Origin: the human T2T-CHM13v2.0 reference genome, Homo sapiens
Length of the DNA: 64,000 nucleotides
Reading direction: 5' to 3' (one strand)
Assembly: GCF_009914755.1 (NCBI RefSeq)
Contig: NC_060935.1
Shown here piece by piece: positions 55,183 through 64,000 of this stretch (positions are counted from its first letter, which is position 1; every line of letters starts with the position of its first letter). The position numbers and the translations under genes are program-made. The notes beneath the pieces are model-generated. The model saw only the letters and a list, made by a program, of their open reading frames with translations, had not been told where the DNA came from and made no database searches.

Positions 55183-56638
55183 TTGGATGAGTTTTTCTGG
55201 ATTCTTCCAGGTTGGGTCAAGCAATCCTCTGCATACCTGTAATGCCTTGCTCACCTTTCTTGGAGTACTTCCTGCTTTGTTTAATCATGACCTTAATTAT
55301 CACATTCACCATATTGTGAGCTTCCTGAGAACAGATCATGTTTCTTCTTCTCAGTATCTCCAGCACCCAGTACAGTGCCCAGCACGTGGTAATTCCTGAA
55401 CTAGTGTTTGAATGGTATCGGCGGCATTTTTTGGAAATTAAAGTTAATGAGTAAGAAGGGCAGGGTAAGAGATTATCTTGGAGCTCCACTCCTAAAAGAA
55501 ATCAGAATGTTAACACTGTTGAGCAACCCGTGGAGGAGAAGAGAGAAAGGCAATAAAATCTGCCCCCTGCCTGGGATTGCTGAATGCTGGCAATCTGACC
55601 ACTTGTGACTCAGGTATTCCTAGGAATATAAAGCACTGTGAAAAAGAAAATTAAAGGGCAAGCGGACACCCAGGAAGAACTTGAATAAAAAATTACCATT
55701 AAACAAACACTAAGGGAGAGTTGTCTTCAGTAAGAAATAATGCCCTAAGAATGTGTTAGGGTTCAGAACAAATAAATCTAGATAAAGAAGAGATTGTATT
55801 AAAAGCAACCTGTTTTGTGAAGCTGAAATTAGGAAGGATGATTCATAGCCCTCCTGGGTTACAAAGTACAGTAGGTAAATCAATGGCATAGCAGCAAAGA
55901 ATCTATAGCTTATTATGTGCTTTTGGCTCAAGGGAAAGAAAGGTATTTCATTCAGTACTATAGCATGTGCCCCACAAAGCCGTTTGGTTGATAGAATCAA
56001 AGAAAGTATCAATATATGGAATTCCTTCCAAGTTGCAATGGTACATATCAGTGACCTCTAGCAGCCTGAAGCTGTGTCCACCAGCACTGTTATGTTGGTT
56101 TCCCCCAAAAGGTCATGGTAACTTGCGGATATGCTGGTTTGCATAAGGACAGCTGCAACTAGAGTTATATGATATTGTTCCCAGCTCAGCCCCACCCTGT
56201 GCCAAGAGGATTAATGATGGAAAAAACCCGAAGGGTAAAGAACTAACTGACACTTGGTCATGTTTCTATGAAACTATGGTAAATAAGCATTGAAAAGAGG
56301 CACCATTTGGGACCCTGGGCCCTAGAGCAATGAGCTCAGAATCTAGATAGTATTCCAAGTTCTCATCACTACCTGTCTGTAGTAGACTAACAAGAAACTT
56401 TCCTGATTTTCTTGTTTGGTTTCGGGGTTCTTATGGGCCCATTTAAAAAAAATAAGCATGTTGTCCTTTCCTCTGCAAAGATCTCACTCAGCTAGGGTCA
56501 GACTCAGTGAAAGGCACTTGCTTCTGCAGAGGCTCATGCTGGAGATCAGAAAAGGGCAGTCAGGACCTCCAAGTGGCTGTGTTTTGAAGACCCTTGAAGT
56601 CAGTTTATTTCTCCAAACTAGTCAAGAGTCACTCTCTG

Positions 56639-56769
56639 GGGCTGGGCATGGTGGCTCACACCTGTAATCCCAGCACTTTGGGAGCCAAGGTGGGAGTTCG
56701 AGACCAGCCTAGGCAACATAGCGAGACTCTGCCTCAACCAAAAATAAATAAATAGATAATTAATAAATA
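56639..56769 (+). mobile_element. FLAM-C-like Alu monomer with internal deletion
   Basis: Single arm with (AAAT)n tail; TSD AGTCACTCTCTG on both sides. Confidence 0.88.
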
Positions 56770-57937
56770 AGTCACTCTCTGCCCGGCCTCTTGTATTCCC
56801 TCCTCCAGTATCATTTGACATACTTCCTACCCCAAACTGCCTCAATACACTGACAGGTCAGTAGGTGGCCAAGAGATCCCAAACTGATCGTTTTATCTTG
56901 GAATGACTCTGGGCTTTACTGTCAGAATCCTCCTAATTTACACCATTGCCATAAAAGTGCTTGTGATTTTCCTATGGTAATGTTGTGCACTAAATAATGC
57001 CAAGGGAATCCAACAGGTAACAGTGAGGACACTCTGGCCCCTGTCCTGATTTTCGGTATATACCATTGATTTGCAGATTAACTGTGATTCTCACACTCCC
57101 TCTGTAACCTTCTAAGCATGCAAACGTCAAGGAAGCTTAGTCCTCAGATCTGCCCATTATCCTGCATATGGTGGTTAAAAATACAAACCCCAGCCTTAAA
57201 ACTACTGGATAATGGGTCAAGTTACTCAACCTCTCTCTATTTCTTCTTTTCTCATCTAAAATATAGGGGTAATAATTATAATACCTACCTCATATGGTTA
57301 TTGAAGGATTAAATGAGTTAATACACATCAAGTGCTTAAGTGTTAGATAATATTATTTTTTAAGCCCCTTTGGCGTGCACACATTCTCAGATTGTCAACT
57401 TTGCAGTTGCAAAGCGTAGAACATATACCTGAAAGAGACATGACTGATTGGCTAACCAGCTTCTTATTTCTAAAGAGGAGAAAACTAAAGTCCAGAGAAA
57501 AGACGGGTCTTTTCCCAAAATTAAATGGCTATTAGGGATAGTGTGTGAGCTAGCATTCAGGCTCCCTGCCATCTGAGGCAACTCTTCAGCATTCCATGGT
57601 TATTGGGCAATGAGAAGATCAGATTTCTATAGAGTAAATAACCATTTCCTAGATTAAATAATCTTACTCGCTTAGGTTTTTGGGATGGGCATATAGTGGA
57701 GGACTTCATAGCTTAAGAATATACTGCCAATTCTGAGTGTGTGAATTCAGAAAGAAATATAAGGATTTCAGAGGGCAAAATGATAAGTAGCCGATGGCCA
57801 GAGTTCCCACACTTCGAGGGCCATGGACTTTTGCTTTGGCAGTAACAGATGGCTGGATAGTGACCAAGGGATGCTGCCTAGGAAGAGCAGGTAATGGGTT
57901 TGCCAGCTGGAGCTGAAAACATTAAAAGACCAGTGGT

Positions 57938-58248
57938 TCGAGTGGGCACGGTGGCTCACACCTATAGTCCCAGCTGAGGCAAGTGGATCGCTTGAGCCCA
58001 GGAGTTCAAGATCAGCTTGGGCAACATGGCAAAAACCTGTCTCTACAAAAAAAAAAAAAAAAAAAAAGATTAGCCGGGCATGGTGGTGAATGCCTGTAGT
58101 CCCCACTACTCAGGAGGCTGAGGTGAGAGAGTTGTTTGAACCTGAGAGGTCAAAAGTGCAGTGAGCCTAAATGGCATCACTGCACTCCATCCTGGGCAAC
58201 AGAGTGAGAACTTGTCTCAAAAAAAAATAAATAAAAATTTAAAAAAAA
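57938..58248 (+). mobile_element. AluJ with left-arm deletion and expanded middle A tract
   Basis: cccagc|tgagg lacks actttgggaggc; middle A21. Confidence 0.9.
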
Positions 58249-59012
58249 TTAGAATTAAAAAGCACCCTTTAGAATAAGACAGTCTATAGGCCCAAGTTTT
58301 CAGTGGAGCCAGGGTCATGCTATCAACCTTGCTGGTTAGGTAGTCTCCTAGAGCCAGGGACATGGAGGCACCCCCAGGAAGGAGAGTTCCTTTCTAAAGC
58401 TGCAGAGCACATTAATTCCTTTATTTTTGCTGCATTGAGATAGTCTCTTCATTCCCCTGAAGGTTGACCATACCTCTTACTGTTTATCTCTGAGTTCTCA
58501 GGCAGTTCTCTGGCAGTTCTCAGGAACTGGCAGATTTTGTTGGTTAATGTATTGTTTAGACCTCACCATGCCCCAGCAGGTTGAGAAGTAAATGGTGTTT
58601 TCTTCTAGGATTAGACCTGCTGACATTTTGAAATAGCCTAGGGCTGCTGGAAAGAGGTACCCAGGAGTTCTCTCCCTTTGAGGACAGGACCACTACCAGT
58701 TGACCTGTCTCCCCCTTTCCTTCAAACTAGGATGTTGGCAGCAGAAGATGAGGCTTGGTATGAAAATGAACAGCTTGTGAAAGCGTAACAGGATGTGAGT
58801 AAATTAAAGAATTGGGGTTTTTCCCTTTGGTTTTTTAGGTAGAGGGGAGCCTACCTACAATGAAAAGTTAAATAAAAAGTACCCACATGAATGAAGGCAG
58901 GGGCAAGTCCAAAGCCAAGATACCGTTTCACTCTAAGTAAACCCACTGAGGGAATCCCCTCCCTTAAAAAGGAAAAAAAAAAAAAAAAAAAAAAAAAAAA
59001 GGAAAGAAAACT

Positions 59013-59330
59013 GGTTGGGCTTGGTGGCTCATGCCTGTAATCCCAGCACTCTGGAAGGCCAAGGCAGGTAGATCGCTTGAGGTCAGGAGTTCGAGACCAG
59101 TCTGGCCAACATGGTGAAACCCCGTGTCTACTAAAAATACAAACGATTAGCTGGGCGTGGTGGCATGCGGCTGTAATCCCAGCTACTCAGGAGGCTGAGG
59201 CAGGAGAATCACTTAAACCTGGAAGGCAGAGGTTGCTGTGAGCCGAGATCATGCCACCATACCCCAGCCTGGGTGACGGAGTGAGATTCTGTCTCAAAAA
59301 AATAAAAATTAAAAATTAAAAATTAAAAAT
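59013..59330 (+). mobile_element. AluSx-like with (TTAAAAA)n tail
   Basis: Dimer; AAAGAAAAC repeated at the flanks. Confidence 0.94.
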
Positions 59331-60899
59331 TTTTTTTAAAAAGAAAACAAATTATTAGAAACTATGACCTTCATCATCTTTTCTGTGCCTATTCTCCACT
59401 GACTTCTGGTGGCGGGGGGGGTCTTGGAATTTCATCCAGGAGAATATGTCCTTGGGTTACATGGTTGCAGAAACAAATGACTTGGTACTTGATAGTCTTT
59501 ATAGAAAGAGAAATCAAAGTGCTGCAGTTAACACTGGCCAAGGCACTTGAATGCAAAGCAAAAGTGACAAAAGGGACTGAGGTTGCAGTACGGGAAGTAC
59601 ACTACTGTGTCAGTAGTTAAAGGTGGTGGCCTTGATTTCTCAGAGGGAGAGGAATCAGCTTTGAAGATGCCTGTCACAGACACTAGAAAATCCAACCATC
59701 TAGGGCATTGTGTCTGCTGACTCTGTGCTGAGGGATAGAGCTAGAACCCAAATTCCAGGTCCCTGTGTGTTGAAAACAGTCAATCAGCATTCTGACCCTG
59801 CCCTGATTACTTTGAATTCAGTGGCCTGGAAAGCCCCATTGATTTCACTGTCTGATTTCTGGAAGTCAATTGAAAGAGAAACATAGCAGCAAGAACCTAA
59901 AAGAAAATACAAAAGTTAGCACCTTCTAAGAATAACTTACTGGTCCCAAGTTGGTGTCTATACCTAGTCAGCACCATTAAGAGTCATCCCCGTGGTTGGG
60001 GGAAGGTATACCTACAAGGTATTGTCTACATGGGGATTTATAACTTTTACTCTTTAAGGTTTGCCTGCTTGCCAGAGATGTTGCTTCGTTTACTGTTGTT
60101 GCTTTCAAAACAGTTGCCTTTTATTTTCCTCTTGCCATGGAAACTGAAATAAATAAAGAGAAGCATGGTTTTTGAATGTTCTCCAGCTTTAGATGCATTG
60201 AAGTTTTCAAGATCAGTCAATAAGCATTTTTCTGCCCAATTACCTGTGAGAAGATGTATCTATTGGGAATAAAGAATGGGGGGCGGGGGGTATTGGAAAG
60301 GCTGATCAATAAGGCTGGGCTTCATGTCAAACATGTCAATGTATGCTTAGGCCAGTTTCAAATGTTTGGTGGCATTTTGTTCACAAAAGGATAGAGTGTG
60401 TGCATCATATTTGTTTTTTTTGTTTTTTCACAAAATTGAGTTAAATCCAGTGCTTTTGTTATTGGCTATTCTTCATGTAGCTTTCTTTAGGGTGGTTGTG
60501 TACAAAGACTTCGGCATGGTTTCACAGAGACTCATTCCAGTGGAATCCAGTTAGATGGTCCTAATGCTTTCGTTCCAGCTATGACATGTGTTTTGATTCA
60601 CAGTATGCTTGGATGGACTGTGTGGATGCTTCATTCCTATGGAAGACATAATTCAGAACAGAAAACTTGTAACAGCAGCATCTTGCCTGCAAAATTATTT
60701 AAGAAAAAAAAAAAAAAGACTTTCTGGTTAATACCAAAATCTTTAACTGTCCTTTAGATAGGTACTGTTTCAAGTAATTAACCCACTGTGATTCTCAACA
60801 ATGGGTCCATAATAGCCTTACCTGAACATTAACTCCTCCTATTTGCCCCCATTACTCCCAGAGATTCCGGTATTTTTTTAGTGGGGCTTTGGTGGTGGT

Positions 60900-60992
60900 G
60901 TGCGTGTATGTATGTATGTGTATATGTTATGTATACACATGCACATATGTGCCTTGGGTGTATGTAACTATGTATGTATATACACACATATT
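60900..60992. repeat. (TATG)/(TA)/(CA) low-complexity repeat, probably inside a MER5-like remnant (about 60790-61097)
   Basis: gtatgtatgtatgtg...tatacacacata; flanks ttctcaac... / ...ttgggaaccatgg. Confidence 0.6.
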
Positions 60993-62565
60993 TTTAAACA
61001 TAAATTTTTATAATATTCATTTTAAACAAAAGTATACAGATATATAATCTTAAGCACCACAGGTGAGTTTGAAGTCCAGCCATTGTTGGGAACCATGGAA
61101 TCAAACACAATTTTTTAAAAGCACTTTGCTTTCATGACAAATAATACACTTAAGGATAGGAAGAGAAGGAGATGCTCACAGATACAAAGACGTTAAAAAA
61201 AAAATGCCCATGTTCATGAAGGGGCTTGCTTACAACCAATTGCTCTCTTATTTCACGGGCTCTTTTGATTTTACATAAAGTTCAGTGCTATAAAACTCTG
61301 TAAAATTTCATTATGTTTTTAAAGTCAGAGGCAGGGAAAAAGTCACCTCCAGGTGTTTAGAAAACTAAAAAAGACTGCCATTTCACTGGGCTAAGTTTGA
61401 AGCCCCGCAGATGCAAGTGCCTTGTATTCATGAGTCCACAAATAAGGAGGTGTTAATGATCAAGGTAGTGGTTGAGTGGATCCTGGTAAATACAGCTTCA
61501 ATTGGAGATGGACTCAAGCAGTTCAGCATATACAGCAGACACACAAGCTGATGATAACCACTTACTATGTGCTAGGTACTGTTCTGATGCTTTGCTTACA
61601 TCACCTCATGACATCTCGACAACAAGGTAGGTATTATTATCCCTGCTTTATCAATGAGAATTTCAGTCACAGACCCTTGACCACATTTGCTCAGCTAGTA
61701 GGCAGGGACTGGAACTCAAATCCGTGTGACTTCAAAGCCACGCAGCAACCACCACACCAGTCATATGCTCTGCCCTGTGGATTGGGCCATATTGAAACAA
61801 TAAAGACCATCGAGCTGATGGATTTCGAACCACTTCAGAGAAATATGTAAAAGGCTTACATGCAAAAATATGTTCAGAAGACAAGCCAAAAGGCCAAGTA
61901 TTCTTGTAAATGTGGCAGTGATGACTGAAGACTTTATTAAAAATATATTAAGCATGTAGATAGAGAGTGAACTGCTCATAAATCTAGGTGGTTTTGTTTA
62001 CTTCTATTTTTCTGTATGTTTGAGATATTTCATTGCTGATTATTTTTGGGCAACGGGACATGGAAGAAAGTTGATAAGCTCTTCTGAATTATGACTTATT
62101 CAGGTAGTTTTGCATAAACCAGAGGGCAGATAATTGCTGATATGACCTCAACAAAGAGATAAGGTGGAGAAAGGAATGTTTGCTAATTATCTACAAAGGA
62201 AAGAGAAAGGTGAGAAATAATAAGTTACCTGATTCTCTGTGTTCTGTGCTTACTTGTTCCTCCAAAGCATTCTCCCCAGCATGTCTCTTCCAGCTTAATA
62301 ACTGAAAACACTTAGTCAACAACAATACACTCTAGTGGAAAAGAGATCCTGTTAGTTTTCTAGACGATGCCTGTTGTGGGTATATTGTTTCCAAAATTAT
62401 ATTAGTGCTCATGAGCTGGAATCGCTGCACTTTACACACTCAAAATTATGAGACCATTTGTCCCCGGTGGTAGCTCAGTTTTTGGAGTGAACCTCAAAAG
62501 CAATCCTTGGCTAACAGAAGATTCTTCCAGATTCTAGCAATGTTTGTTCAAAGTGGGGCATAGCT

Positions 62566-62941
<376 letters not shown>

Positions 62942-63904
62942 TCACTGTAACACAGAAGGTTGTCCTTTGATTTTGACTTTTGATTCATGGAAATGTATAC
63001 ATGAAATTGAATTTCCTAATCTTGTGTTTCAGAACAGCTGACTTGTCTCAGGCAAGTGTGTGCGCATTATATAAGGAAGCAGTGGTCATTTATCTCATCA
63101 TATATTGGACTGTGAGGCATTAATATATATGTCTTGTTCATGGGAGCCGTTGATTTTAGGAAAGCTACTTATGTAAATAAGCAGTAACAGAAGGCGCTCG
63201 GCCAAGCTTTAATGAGACATCTCAGCTCTCCCTCTGCTAAGTCAAAAAATGTACTTTGAGACTTTAATCTCCAGTAAAAGTGACAATGGAAAGAGCAATT
63301 TAAGAAACACTCCTTGCACATGTTCACAATGTTAATTTTTAAGAAATCAAAGCCATATATACAATATAATTCTACTTTTTTTAAAGTACATAAATGCAAT
63401 TAATTAAATAAGACTGCAAGAATATACAAACCAGAATGCTCACAGTTGTTAACTTTCTCTTGAAGTTAACATTTCAGATGATCTTAATTTAATTTAATTT
63501 TTTTACCTTTCTGTGTTTTCAAACTTCTTTGTATTCAGCCTATATAGCTTGTTTAACAGGAGAAAAATGTAATAAATGATTAAGGGTCAGGAAAAAAGAA
63601 AAAGAAATGAATATGCACCTTCATGCTACAAACAGACCATTTCTAGTACTGGAAATGTCTGCAGCTTTATTCCTCATTTTGCAAATGAAAACCACAATAC
63701 TGCCTATAATCATAGCCACTGAAGTGGTCAGGAAGAATCTTGTCAGTTCTCCAGCTTTTGCAGTGGAGTGAGTTGGATAAATTTCCTCCTCAAAGGACGT
63801 TTGGATGAGTGGAAGCTTCATTAGGAAAGAGGAGAAGCCCATAGGCAAGTCTAGAAAACCTACGTCCCATCACTGTACTGGAAGACTCATGAAGTCCGGA
63901 CAAA

Positions 63905-63994
63905 GTGTGATACAGCCTGGTGTATGATGCTCAGTAGTGTGAATGAGATGTGTGATACAACCTGGTGTATGATGCTGAGTAGTGTGTAATGAGA
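63905..63994. repeat. 45-bp tandem duplication (2 copies)
   Basis: gtgtgataca(g/a)cctggtgtatgatgct(c/g)agtagtgtg(t)aatgaga twice. Confidence 0.88.
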
Positions 63995-64000
63995 GCCATG

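Overview
AT-rich hominid genomic DNA (human or a very close ape). The window holds the 3' two-thirds of PDHX, the E3-binding protein (component X) of the pyruvate dehydrogenase complex, on the + strand. Eight coding exons at 3351-41181 (200, 99, 175, 148, 59, 159, 65 and 259 nt; exons 4-11 by recalled numbering) all have GT-AG sites and splice in frame. A 3' UTR with several AATAAA signals runs to about 42.0-42.1 kb, followed by about 22 kb of apparently intergenic DNA. The rest is mostly interspersed repeats: about 18 Alu/FLAM copies, young and old L1, L2, MIR, MLT1, and Tigger/MER44/MER47/MER63 DNA transposons. I found no new multi-gene system. The most unusual stretch is intron 8 (25.5-30.1 kb), with three atypical L1-machinery products within 5 kb: a tailless 5'-half tRNA-Gln(CTG) retrocopy with target-site duplication (TSD), a polyadenylated LTR12/ERV9 3'-end retrocopy, and a twin-primed 5'-inverted L1PA carrying an ATG-initiated 518-aa RT ORF in the host sense direction. 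Other points of interest are an apparent Phe-to-Val difference at PDHX codon 445 versus the protein as I recall it, templated-insertion-like repair scars, and unusual splice-site architecture at exons 6 and 7. Subfamily names and reference comparisons are from memory, not from searches, and boundaries of old repeats are approximate.
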